A DNA stretch of 56,130 nucleotides, filler included, from Sluysia triapertura (taxonomy: Eukaryota): NCBI GenBank assembly GCA_046118255.1. It is 4 parts of 4 records of this genome, joined end to end, with 100 filler letters (N's around TTAATTAATTAA, not from the genome) between each part and the next. Parts side by side here need not be neighbours in the genome. Positions count along the whole stretch, not along the records: positions 18,099 to 30,749 come from JBJNIA010091899.1; positions 30,850 to 44,029 come from JBJNIA010054661.1; 2 more parts are not named here. One strand, 5' to 3'. Of the stretch, positions 24,129 through 36,900 are shown piece by piece (positions within the stretch are counted from its first letter, which is position 1; every line of letters starts with the position of its first letter). A program made the translations under genes and the position numbers. Under the pieces are notes generated by a model. It had not been told where the DNA came from. It saw nothing but the letters and a program-made list of their open reading frames with translations, and did no database searches.

Positions 24129-25000
24129 TTAAAATAAATCCGAAAGAACTTTGCCTTTTTTTAATATTTCATAATCTTTCATTAATTTAAGATTCTCTGT
24201 AATTTTTGAAACATAAGTGGTACATAACCTACAATCTAGCTTATTATCACTGTGGATTCTGCATAAATTATTATATCTTATTGATGCATTCATTTTGTTT
24301 TCAGAATTTTTTATTATTTCCAAGAGATATTCAGGACCTCCATAACATAACCAATGTAATTCTTTAAGATAAGGTGTTATACGTGATCTCCATCTTACTT
24401 GGAAAATTAGTTTTGTTGATTGATTCATTATTGATTGTAATCTTTGTATTTAATTTTATTTAGGATACTGGAGAAAATGTTTTAGAATGTTTAAGATTTT
24501 GTAAAACACTTGTTAATTCTAAACGAGGAAACATCTATTCAATATTCTTTTATAGAATGGGAATAAGAAATTTACTAAATAATATGGATCTATTTGTTAA
24601 ACAAGGTATTAATTCTGCAATGATTAACGACGACATTTATATGGTTAGTAGTGTAGATTAATTTTTTGTATTATTTCCATTTATATAGACTCATAATATT
24701 GTAACATATTTTTATCTTTTAAAAAATTAGAAGAGATAATTTATCCAAATTTAAAGCCCAAGAACTTATATTTGGAAATTATGCATGACATTAAATTTAT
24801 ATTATGATTCAAAATATAACACAATACCTCATGAAGATCCATATATATACAAACAAAAATCCGCCACCATTTGTTCATTAAATGTTCTTTAGTGTCACTT
24901 TTTTCAGAGTCTGCATCTGAATCTCTCTTTGTGTTTATCGGTAAGGTTTGTGTTTGGATCAAATACAAATGCTTAACAATGTTTTATTTTGCTGTTCTAT
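24129..25000 (-). mobile_element. L2/CR1-clade LINE relic (endonuclease remnant to ORF2 C-terminus)
   Basis: RITPYLKELHWL (L2 C-terminal HITPxLxxLHWL motif). NGGGFLFVYI APE motif near 24845-24872. Confidence 0.75.
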
Positions 25001-26472
25001 AAAGAATATTTTGTGAAATTCTTATGCAATTCAATTACTAATCCAATTGCGTGAGATCATCTTCTATACTCCACTTGCACTTATCACACTTAAGACTTTC
25101 CATTGCGTATTTCATAACTTTATTCGTATTCCTTGAATAAGCAACTAGAGGTACTTCAAAGTAACACACAAACTATTGACAAACTATTGATAAATACCCA
25201 ATTTTATGTAAGACCAAATCAAGAATATTTTGATCAAACAAAATCAAAATTCTAAATAAGAATATGTATTAGATGAATATATTTTTGAGAACTCAGTTAA
25301 AGTTTTGATGTCATGGAATGTTATTAGTTCAGATTGTAGAAATTTTAAATTGTAGAAATAAATAAAGCAAAATTTTTATCAACCAATTTCATGTTAGAGG
25401 TAAGTTCCTCTTTGTAAGGTGATACTAATTTTGATTAAAAAAATTAGTATCTTAAAATACACGTAAATTTCATTTTTTAATGAAAATTAAGTGTCCCAGA
25501 TATATTGAGGAGTAAAATACAGAGTAAACTAAATTATTAATAAAAAGTTAAAGGCTAAAAATAGCTATAACTGTAATATTAAAAAACGATTTTATCTTTT
25601 CTTTCATTTTTATTTTATAATTTGACGATTTTGTATATCATTGGATTTATAATTTTTATTTCATCGTTAATTGTATTAAGATAATTACTGTTTATAAAAA
25701 ATATTGTGTAATAAGCATCAAATTGATTAGCCGCTTTGAAGTTTTACGATTACGACTAAAGTATTTATTAACTTATTAAGTTACTGGAACGCCCGCTATA
25801 GGTTGTAAGACGCTTAGTGTAATCGGACACTTCTAAAAATACTTACCGTGTTAGAAAAACCACAACAAAATTATCAACATCATATAATAACTTGTTTGTT
25901 GTTTGTGACATGTAAAACCTTATTTCTCTTGACTAATTTTAGTGTAAACTTTTTCCATACACTTGTAAAGATGTAAAAATTTTAATTTTATTTTTTATGT
26001 TTTATGTATTTACAAAAGGTTGTAAAATTATAATATTATAAAAAGTATTATTTAAATTATATTAAGATTAAAATTATTATTCAATTATTTTAAGATATTA
26101 CAAAAAAGAAACAAACAAAATTGTTTATTTAAATTAAAATTTAAAAGGTCTTTATGTATATATAAAGACATACAAAAATAAAGAAGACACAATTAATCAC
26201 ACAAAGAAATCTGAACAAAATCTAAATTCGCCATTTTGGTTTCGCAAAGAAAACGAAGTCATCACGAACCATTTTGTCATCGATATTATCCGGCTCAACA
26301 ACATCAATTCATCTTCCAAGTTATAGTGTAAATCCCGCACATTCGATTAGAGGGATAGCACTCTCCAAATATCAGAAGCTCAAATCCATTAAGTCAAAAA
26401 CTTGAACAATATTTCTAGAGGCCAATTAACAATATTATTGATTAATTCGTAAGTTTGTTTCACATAGTTGTA

Positions 26473-26636
26473 AACTCACATTGAGTTAAAATCTAAACGT
26501 AAACTATTTTTTTTCACGGTTGGTCCTTAAGGCCAATCACAAAATCAATTTAAAATATAAATTCACTACTCTTTAGTTGGTCCTTAATGTGAATTATAAA
26601 ATCATTATTACAAGGTAGAGTCCAACGGCTAGACCT
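26473..26636 (+). other. Third copy of the hairpin+AAAATC array and TCCAACGGCTAG motif
   Basis: AACTCA-CAT-TGAGTT-AAAATC, then TTGGTC-CTTAA-GGCCAA..AAAATC, then TCCAACGGCTAG at 26621. Confidence 0.6.
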
Positions 26637-27700
26637 TTATTATAACTTAATTTTTATCATTGTAGTTTTATTATTCATAAACTTTGGTTATTAATAATTA
26701 TTTTTGGATTTTTATAAATTAACATTATTTTATTCTAATTTTCATTTGGTTACATAATAAAATTTGAATTTTGTTATATATTAGTGTTTCTTTTATAATT
26801 TTAATCATGAATCATTAACATCATTTTAACTTATTTCAGCAATCAATTTTTTTTAAAACTATTATAAGTCTTATTCTGATTATAGTGTAAGTTTGCTAAT
26901 TTCTTAGAACACCACAAAAAAGGCTAACGATTAGTATAATTAGATTTTACTTTTAAAAGAGTAAAGAATAAGAGAATAATACACTTGTTAACTTTGTTCA
27001 CATAAACTTAATTATCATGCATGCCAGTGTTGGTCACAATTGTTTTTTTAGGTTATTCAGCAACAAACGATTTTGCCCAGTACTGTTAAGACAATGAGTA
27101 TTTTTATACAGACTAATTCTTAATAATTGTTTTCACGTAATTTTTACAGGTACGCCATTAGTAAGTCATACACTGTAAACGAACTCAGAATGGTAAATTA
27201 TTTTGCTGCAAGTTAGATTCTTTTATTAAGAAAAAACCCAGCACTAATAATTACATATTTCAATACGACTAAAATTATAATAATAATATCTATAGTTCAT
27301 GACAATTATATACAATGATTATGTTAGTTTTTTGAATGAGTCAAGTAATTTGTTTAATGTTCTATGTATAAGATGTTTTTGTGTGATGAATTTTATATAA
27401 TTTCCCTACAATAAAACATTATTCTTTGTAAAAACAGAAATACAAATAATAAATATGAATCATATTTATTTTCAATGAAATACGTTAAAAATACAAAAAA
27501 AATAATAAATTAATTTGATCGTAATATGCTTTTTTCGTTACCAAACAAAAAAAATAAAAACATGATCAATATAGAACTGAAATTGTTAAAGGAATTCGTA
27601 TCTTTCTTTCGTTTTCATAAAACACGGTGGTTCGACAGTTTATCTTTCTTTGATACATCAAAAATAATCCATAATTAAAAATTAAATCATTGAATTAGTA

Positions 27701-29473
27701 TCACTTTTCATTTACTGATTCCAAATTGATATCATCGTTTCGATGAATGAAAATCTTGGTGAAAATGATTTTCGAAGTAAACACTTCAAACCATTCAACA
27801 ATCAAATTAGTCAAATTATCAAAAAAGGTATTGAAATTACACATTTCAGAATTTGAATTGTATTGGCAATTGAAGTTGGGTAGATAACGTTTTAATAAAC
27901 GATTTTGTATAACAATGTACAATTCATTGAGAAATTTAATTTGTTTAATTATCAAATATCGATTTAAACTTAAGGTACAATTGCAAAATGATAATTGAAT
28001 AATACTGCTTTTATTTAATGTTACTTTAGTGTTCAATAAATAATTTGAAATTATTTCAAAAGAATAATTATGACTATCATCACTTTCACTCGATACTAAA
28101 TGATTTTTTAGACATGGCATTGTGAAATGTGTATTTTCGTAATTGAAACTAATGCTTTTACAAATTAATCCACATTTAAATATGATATTTCGTCTTGACA
28201 AATAATAATATAAATATTTTGGATAATCTTGAAATACAGAATTATGTAAATAATTTATAAGTTTTTCTAAATTATCTGTATTGCTAACAAATATAGTTTC
28301 ATATTCGACTTCACAAATATAGGCTTGATTTAAAAATTGATTATCAATAACGATAGCAACGATTTCGTTATGACATTTCATTGACTGTGTCTGTTCGATT
28401 TTAACAATCATATTTTGTTTATTAAAACATTGACTTGATATTGTATCCATTTGATAAAATAAATTCGAATATGACGAACTAAAATAAGAAATGGCTTCTT
28501 CGATAAATAAATCCGTTTTATGATTTAAATTAATTTGTGAATAAAATGAAATCGAAATTGAATAATTTTCAAACTTAAAATTGTGTAACAAATTTAAGTA
28601 TCTATTACTGAAATTTAATATCTCACAATGTTCGTATAATTTCAAATCTATTTGAATGTTTACAATATTTTTACAATCATTAAAAAATGAATTAAAACAA
28701 AAAATTTCATTAATATATAAATTGCTTTTATAATATAAATTAATTTTGTAAATTGAAATTGAAATTGAATATTGTTTAATATCAGAAAAAGATAAAATAT
28801 CTAATTCAACATTTTTGTAACTGATCATTTTAAATTGATGAAATAAATTCAATTTATTTTCAATTTTTTCTCTGTGATAAAATTTATTAAAATAAGACAA
28901 ACTTACGAAAAAAACATTTTCTTGATTAAATAAATCTATTTTGTTATAAAACTGTTCATTGAAAACAATGGGAATTAAAATTAAATTATTATTTGATTCT
29001 GTAACGTATGAAAAATTTCTGGCAATTTTTGAAAATTTTATAATTTCACAATTATCATAAAATTTAAATTTCACTATTTGATTTAAATTATTTACATATA
29101 AATTAGAAGATATGCCAGCTTCTTTGACATGTAAATCAATTTTGTAATAAAAACTGTGAAATACCACTGAAATTGAATTATCTTCAAAATTATCATCGTA
29201 TTCTAAATTTAATATTAACTTTGGACAACTAAATATTTCACAATGTTGAAATAGTTTCAGCTTGGTTTGCAATTTTGCCGACATTAACAAAAAAGAATTT
29301 GCTAGATCCATTTTTGATAAATCTAACTTGCCTAATTTTAATAATTTGTTTTCTAAGCGTTGTATTTTTGTTTTAATAAATGGATCATTAGCAATTTTTG
29401 ACATTCGTTTTAACTGGAAAAATATTTCTTTGGTTGATTGTTTAATTGATTTATAATATTTCATTTGAGCCAT
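27701..29473 (-). CDS. Intronless 590-aa orphan protein with four ~65-aa internal repeats
   Basis: 1.77-kb open frame in very AT-rich DNA, with an AAAATGG start context. Repeats start KLFQHCEIF / KFYDNCEII / NLFHQFKMI / KLYEHCEIL, each followed by a KIDL/KSNL/KTDL motif. Confidence 0.7.
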   Translation of the reverse strand: MAQMKYYKSIKQSTKEIFFQLKRMSKIANDPFIKTKIQRLENKLLKLGKLDLSKMDLANSFLLMSAKLQTKLKLFQHCEIFSCPKLILNLEYDDNFEDNSISVVFHSFYYKIDLHVKEAGISSNLYVNNLNQIVKFKFYDNCEIIKFSKIARNFSYVTESNNNLILIPIVFNEQFYNKIDLFNQENVFFVSLSYFNKFYHREKIENKLNLFHQFKMISYKNVELDILSFSDIKQYSISISIYKINLYYKSNLYINEIFCFNSFFNDCKNIVNIQIDLKLYEHCEILNFSNRYLNLLHNFKFENYSISISFYSQINLNHKTDLFIEEAISYFSSSYSNLFYQMDTISSQCFNKQNMIVKIEQTQSMKCHNEIVAIVIDNQFLNQAYICEVEYETIFVSNTDNLEKLINYLHNSVFQDYPKYLYYYLSRRNIIFKCGLICKSISFNYENTHFTMPCLKNHLVSSESDDSHNYSFEIISNYLLNTKVTLNKSSIIQLSFCNCTLSLNRYLIIKQIKFLNELYIVIQNRLLKRYLPNFNCQYNSNSEMCNFNTFFDNLTNLIVEWFEVFTSKIIFTKIFIHRNDDINLESVNEK

Positions 29474-29739
29474 TTTTTGGATTGTACTTATTGTTATGAT
29501 TAACTTTTTTGTAATATTTTACATTGATTTTTAATTAAAAATGTATTTTATAGTAAAATATTTTATTTTTGTGATAAAGAGTTATCAAATTTTGTTTATT
29601 TGATATTCAAAAGTTTGGAATTGGCTTTTGATTTTAAATTATTAATCATAACTTTAGATGATATGAAACATTTATTTTTAATTATCTGAAAATTATTCCA
29701 ATTCAAACTACGCGTATAAATTTTGTTTTAGAACAATAT

Positions 29740-29900
29740 TATTAGGTTGTCATCAGAACCCATTAAAATCACAAAATCAATTAAAATGCTTTATAAATAT
29801 GTAAAATCATTCAAAAAATAATTATTTTCCAAAAAAGAAAATAAAATTTCTTGAAAGAAAATTAGCTTCTAAAAATTGAATCCGATTTTCATTGGCTGAT
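29740..29900 (-). mobile_element. Inverted copy of the LTR-like terminus seen at 7180-7528
   Basis: TATTAGGTTGTCATCAGAACCC...GAAAATTAGCTTCTAAAAA. Confidence 0.65.
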
Positions 29901-30749
29901 TTTAAGAGTTAACTTGTGGACAATATACGAATTCAATACAAATTCTATGTCAAAAGTAATTTATTTTTATTAAGACGATATTAATTTTGTATAATGAAAT
30001 TAATAACAACTTTCACTTAAAATCCAAATCCTTTTGGTAAAGTGCAAGGTTTCCCTGATATACTGAGGGTTAAAGTAGAGGAAAAATGTCAATTATTTAA
30101 AAGTTAAATACTAAATATAAGTATTTCTATAACTCATATTTTTGCCTTTAAAATAATTTGAAATTTTCTCAATACTTATTTTAGGTATAAAATAATGGTA
30201 ATAGTAATAAATTACGTAAGTTTCCATGTCTAAATGAAATTAAATATTCATAACGTAGATAAGTAACACCCGTTCCCGGAGCAATTCATCTAAAATCATA
30301 AAATATACTCAAATTAATTTAAGAAATTTTCAAAACCCCGATTTAGTGAGGAGAAAATATAATAATAATATATATAAAATATAAAATAATATATGTTAAA
30401 TCAAAGATCTATAAGATTTTGATTTTAAATTAATAGCTTTATATATAGTTTTTTATACATTGATTGGATTGATTGTTAATCACATTGATTAAGAAGATTC
30501 TCATCTTATTTCAAGCTTTTACATTATAATTAATTTAAACGCCATTTTTAAGACATAGGACGTTTACACTAACTGGACCCTTCTCAATTTTGTTTTGCCG
30601 TAGTGTTGGGATTGCCAAAATGTAGATCAGAGATGAGTGAGAAACATATAGAATTATTAGATGAAAAAAAACTGATACAAAGTGATGGATTGAACATGGT
30701 AAACATTGTTGGAATAAGAATCATGAAAGTAAAAACATCTATAATAATG

Positions 30750-30849
30750 NNNNNNNNNNNNNNNNNNNNNNNNNNNNNNNNNNNNNNNNNNNNTTAATTA
30801 ATTAANNNNNNNNNNNNNNNNNNNNNNNNNNNNNNNNNNNNNNNNNNNN
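30750..30849. other. Artificial contig linker
   Basis: N44-TTAATTAATTAA-N44. Confidence 0.97.
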
Positions 30850-33034
30850 GTAATTTTTGAAAGTATTTTCATAAAAATATAAATAAAAAGCAAAAAGAAA
30901 AATAACTTGATTTGTTTAATCACTTTCTGAATTGCACATTATTTTAAAAATATAATTTTTTTCAATCAGTTCAATCAGTTCATATTTAATCTTGTTCGTT
31001 GTGATAAAACAAACATACAAAGAATTAAATATCATCAAGACATGTTTAATTGCTTATAAGTTAACAAATTTTTCATAAAACGATTCTTCATTATAATACA
31101 AAATTTATGCTTTATTTATTTAGAATTTTAATCAATTTAAAATGTTAAAAATCAATGATTGAAATAGCTCAAAAAGTTTTTAAAGATTCGATCAATATTT
31201 CATTATCTATGAAACACGTGGTTACCTATATGCTTTTCTTTTGTTGTATAAATAATTGATATATTATAATTTTAATACTAAAATTGTTTTGCAATTATTT
31301 AATAATTGTTTTTAAAAATTCATATCTAAGGTAAGATCAATAAGTATATGTTTTAAGTATTAATAAAAAGGTTTGTTTTAAAATAAGTCAATTTGTTTTA
31401 AGATGCAGAATGTCAAAAAGAATTAAAAATTAAAAAGTAATTCACATCTATATAATTTAAACTTGAAATTAATTTATGCGTAAGATGTACTTAGTTTATG
31501 AAGTATATGTATATATTTTAACTGAATTATGCGAATAAGACATTATTTAATTTTCTAAAAGATCTCTAAAATGTTCGAGGAAGACATTATAGATTTGTTT
31601 TATATTCGAAACGTTAGAAAGGATAATAAATCTTTACAGTGAATATAATTAACTGTTACCTTTCACAAACCATTATAAAGCAATTCATTTTCTGAAAAAA
31701 TAAGGTCGACGATTAATTAAAAACTAAGTCAGAAAAATGATTGAAAAAAATCAGAAAGAGTTGTCATAAATTAGAAAATTAACTTTGCGCAAATTTGATC
31801 TCGTGGTGAAATCAAAATAGTTGTACAAAATATGATTAATAAATGGATCAAACAAAATTATTGACTAAATTATCACTTGAGTCCTTTGTCTAGTAATTGA
31901 TAATTTTCTTTGTTAAAAGATTTTAAAAATTTCTAATCATTAATTTACGGTGCAATTGTATATACGAAGTAGCAGCCAATCAAAAGCACATCGAATTCTA
32001 GAATTTTCTAGAAAATTCTTTTATTTTCGTTTTTTGAAAATAATTTCCTTTTCCCGAAAATTAACTTTAATCATATATTATATTTTTTTAAAGATTTCAA
32101 ATGACTGTGATCAAACAAAATAAAGCAATTACGTGGTGTCACAATTTTCACTAAAAATCAATTTCAAATTTTAAACCATGTTTGCAATTATTTTATAAAT
32201 TTCCGCTACACTTACATCTACATCATTTATAACATATTCGTGATATCTTTTGTTGTAAGAGTCATATTTTTATATAATGGTGTCAGTAAAAACTTAAAAT
32301 TAAATGTAATATCAAACATAATCTTACTTTTGATTTCAATAATACTTAAGTTATATCACAACTATAATCATTGGTTGTATTTGCATCATTTATTATCAAA
32401 TGTACATGCACATCACTTGGTATATAATTTAGAATATTTGATTATTTAAAATGATGTGAAATAAATGGTCTACATTAGAATTTATAAATAAAACTTTATT
32501 TTAAGTCAATGTGATTATTAAATAAAAAGGATTAAAGTAATATTTTGTTATTTTCTTCAATTAACAAAAGATTTTAATAGTTAACTTCTTTAATAGATAA
32601 ACAGATTTGTTAAACTAAAACAATCCGTTTTTTTCGAAACAATGATGATTAATCCGGAAAATTAACTATTAAAATCTTTTGTTAAACTTTTTTGTAGTTA
32701 CTTAAATTTTATTTATATTTAAGAAGAATGATTCTACATTTATGTAAGAAAAGTTTAAAAAGAAAATTAAGACTAATTCTTATTGATCGGGTTTGACATA
32801 TACCATTTTATATTTTGTCTTAACTGGAATCATGATATATCCTAATTTATTCTCGTAATTTTGAATTATTCATTTCTTTTGATAATTTGCGACTGTGGCA
32901 TGTCATACAAAATTCACAGTCTCGCAACTATTTATATTGGCTAGTAAAATATTTATTTATTTTGATTATTATTATTATTTTTATTGCAACTACTATTATC
33001 TCTTATAATTAGAAATAATTTATTTTTAATGTAG

Positions 33035-34298
33035 AACATCAAGACACAATTACAAGGAACTTAGTCATCAACAATCGCTACCAATAACCAATCAGATGCA
33101 AGAATCCACTCATGCTTCGGCTCAGTATCCATATTATGTAGCTGATTCTTCCCATTTCTCTAGAGTTGCTGAATGGGTACGCTCAGTATCTGAAGAGGTC
33201 AATAGACCACATAGTCTGTCACCAAAACGCAACAGTATTGTTACTTCAATTTACCCACCCAGTTTTCATTATCCACAAAATCAATATTCATTTACAGCTT
33301 ACAATCAAAATAACTTAGCAACTGATATTAACTATACCGACAATCAAATACCTCAATTACCTAGTAACCTTACAGCTACCCAGCATAAGCACCAAAAATC
33401 ATATCATTGTCATCATCATCACCATCATAATCATCATCAACAGAAAATATTTGACAATAATCAAAGATATTCCGCAGAAAAAATATATCGTTCGTTAGAA
33501 CGAACTAGTAAAGCTCCTATTTCAGGGATTATAGCACCAATTACTACAACCTCAACAACTCAAATAATAAACACCATAACTACTCAGAAAAATCGCTCAA
33601 AAAGATGTCACAATCATCAAGTAGCAGAAAAATCATTAACAGTAACGACTGCATCCACATCAACTACGGTTACCATACCAGCAACAGGAAATATAAGTAA
33701 AGGAGCACCTGTTGTTTCCAAAACAGATCAAAATTTAAATGACCATAATTCTGCAACCCGACAATCTAGAAAACAAAACACACAATTATCATCCAGTAAT
33801 ACTTCTACTAATTCTACAACAATAACAGGAATTATAAATTCTGCAAATAAATCACTACTCTTTACAAAGTCAAACAAAATGTCTTCCAATAAATTATCAA
33901 ACGAACTTGATTGTTCTAACTCAAATAATAATACTAATAATAATAATAATAACGTTGTTTATTCCTTACCAAACTCTCCATTTCGAGCTACAACAACAAC
34001 ATCTATAACAACAACAACAACTGTAAATACATTTACTAACGCAACTCAGAAAACATCGGATTTTGTTCCTCTAGTAACGAATACTGGTGGTTATCATTAC
34101 GTTGTGATGACATCGAGTGTTAGTACACCAGCCAAGCAAGCAATAATGGAAGAATCTAGTACTCGTAAAAAGCGCTCTTCAAGTACATCACCGGGTAAAA
34201 GTTCGGAATCAAGTAGAGAAAAGAAAATAACAAATGGAAAAGAAAAGAATTCGCATAAATGTTATAAAGAAAACAAAGCACAATCAAGAATTAAAAAG
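33035..34298 (+). CDS. KIF26: KIF26-family kinesin, large low-complexity tail exon
   Basis: aatgtag acceptor, open frame and AAG|gtttgt donor, in phase with the exon at 40788. Contains SRVAEWV. Confidence 0.75.
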
Positions 34299-34999
34299 GT
34301 TTGTTTTTTTGAAAGAACTTTTTTTTACAAAAAAACATAGATAATTAGTAAAAAAGAAAAAGATTAAAAACACAGTAAATAAAATGATGGCTATAAAAAC
34401 AAAATCATGCAAAATAAATTAAACTAGCAACATTTCGTTCACTCCTTGTAGTTTTTCATAATATAAACTCTTTCTTTGAAGTTAAATAAGTAGATCTGAT
34501 TTCTGAATTTAAAAAGGATGTGCTAATGATAAAAAATTAAGAAATTATTAATTTTTTGTGAAGTGTTGTTAATAAAATATATGCTTTGTTTCTATATTTT
34601 ATTTTATTTATGGAAAATTTTCAATAATATAAATAAAATTGATGATTATCGATAAAATTTTTCTGTACTAAGAAGCGAAAAAAAATATTCAAGTAATTAA
34701 GTATTAACTGATTGACTAAAGAATTTAAAAAAAGAAAATTTCGCATTTTGGTAAACCGATTGAAACTTGTGATCAATAAGAATAAAAACTAAACAAACTT
34801 ATAATAGAAAATCGTCGAATATGAGATACATCAAATAATTTATATTATTTTTAGTACTAATAAAACAACACAAAAAGAATGCCAATCATTCTTTTAAATT
34901 AGACAAAAAGGTGTAATTCGTCATTGGTATCCTGTAATAATCCTGAGGGTAATTTACCCATAATTTGTGCGATTGACTTTTTCTTATAAGGCTAAAAAT

Positions 35000-35185
35000 A
35001 AGGACGGTATTAATGATAATGGTGACGATAATATAAATACTAATATAAATAATAACAATGATAATAGTAATGATGAAAATAATGACAATAACGGTGATAA
35101 TAACGACAATTATAATATTAATAATGGTAATAATCGTAATAATAATAATAATAATAATTATAATAATAATAATATTAATATTAAT
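35000..35185. repeat. Degenerate (AAT/GAT)n microsatellite
   Basis: Direct reading. It explains the overlapping poly-N/poly-I ORFs. Confidence 0.9.
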
Positions 35186-35549
35186 ACACTCATTTTCATG
35201 TCGCAAAACAATATTACATTATGACAACAGAGTGCATAACTACAAACACCTGCAAAATCAATTATTGTTACTTTTATGCTTCAAAAGCATTTGTAAATAC
35301 AAAGCCCAAACATAAAACAAAACTCATACAAAGCCAAACTCTCCTCGCTCATTTCCATTATGTTCCATTATGTCGTCCCCTTCACGACAATGGGTGGTCA
35401 GTGTCCAAAAACAATACAACTCTAATTCACGTATGTATCAAAATATCCAATATCCTGTGCTTCAGCACTCAAAGACATTTTCAGTAAAACTCACATTCTT
35501 ACAAGGAAACATAATAAACAACCAGTTACACATAATCACGGAATCACAT

Positions 35550-36900
35550 ATGGGTTTAATGCACCATTCTCGGTACGTTCCCACTCAAATAAGGTATAAA
35601 CTGTCCCAAAATCGAAGAAATCACCATAAAACAAATCCGAAAAAATCTTCTGCACAATCAGGCTTACAGAAACAACATCAAACCACAACAACCCAAGAAT
35701 ACATCAAATAATCCACCAACAAATCAACAAATTATCTTTAACATAATAATGTCGTTTGAATGTGATAAATCAAAAAAGTTAGCCCAAAACAAAGAGCAGT
35801 ACCTTGCTTAAATTCTCTCAAAATAAGACATGGTTTATGCATGCATCATAATCCTTGAGAACCAACGGGATAACAAACGGCACAACAATAAAAATGCAAT
35901 ACCAACTCCGTGGATGCAATTATACATCGACAAAATTCATTGCAAGTCAAGATGACACAGCAGACTCAATCAAAATAAACTCAGCAACTACATTTTTTCA
36001 AATTCACTTTTTTCTAGATAGTAATGGAACTTCCAACATACGCTTCCTAGTGTCAGAGGCAAATATGAAGTCACGCCATACCTTAACACTAAACACAAAA
36101 TTTTGCTAGAGTCTTTGCACGATTACCACAAGATCTGGTGATAAAAATTAGTTCCAAAATCTCCTCATATTTATCCTTAGATCAACATTACCAATAACTC
36201 AAAGATTTAATTCTACAGCCATACTGCCAAATGTGAATCATGTTTTCCAAGACTACTTCAACAACCAATCCTTTGTTGCATTGTTAAAGAACATTACGAC
36301 GTTCTGAAACAATGCCTCCAGTAATCAAACCTGTGTTATCTGGTAGCACAATAGATAAGACAGAGGACCTTGTCAACCTGGTCGGCGAAGTAATACTGCA
36401 TATTGGGAAATGTTGATTATTGGAATGTAAATTCCAATAAACCGCTTGGAGGGTTGTGTGCACTTCACTAATTTTAAAGCTTCACCAGTTGTAGCGGCTA
36501 AACCGAACCAAGTGGCCTCTCAATCAATATGCACTATGCCACTCACCTTTGACAACTTTATTTAACCTTCTGGACACTGGCACTGTTGTTTCCGTTATCC
36601 CGAACAAATTATTCAAATATGCAATATATCAAACACTGATTTTAACAGAAGCAAATGATTCCTCGTTACCTTGTTAAGGGACTCAACAAAAGAAATTCTA
36701 TCTCCTCCAATTCAAGACAATATTTGAGTGGAATTTCATCATCGCTACAGTACCGGGAGCCCATTTCTTTCAATACAACGAACTCCTGATAGACTTCAGA
36801 AACAAAACTTTAATGCATCTTAAGGGCAAATACCCCACATAAGTGTAAACCAAAATGTTATGAATTCACCTTTGATATTCAACATAAAATGTGATCGTTC
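35550..36900 (-). mobile_element. Possible very decayed Helitron/PIF1 helicase relic in the KIF26 intron
   Basis: Higher-GC block. The minus strand gives SGIVHID, LAATTGEALKL (cf. VASSGIAA) and LGQFIPYLS (cf. HGQLYVALS) in the expected order. Confidence 0.3.

Noticed and set aside
34886-35315. Overlapping poly-N/poly-I ORFs
   Set aside because: Translation of a trinucleotide microsatellite.
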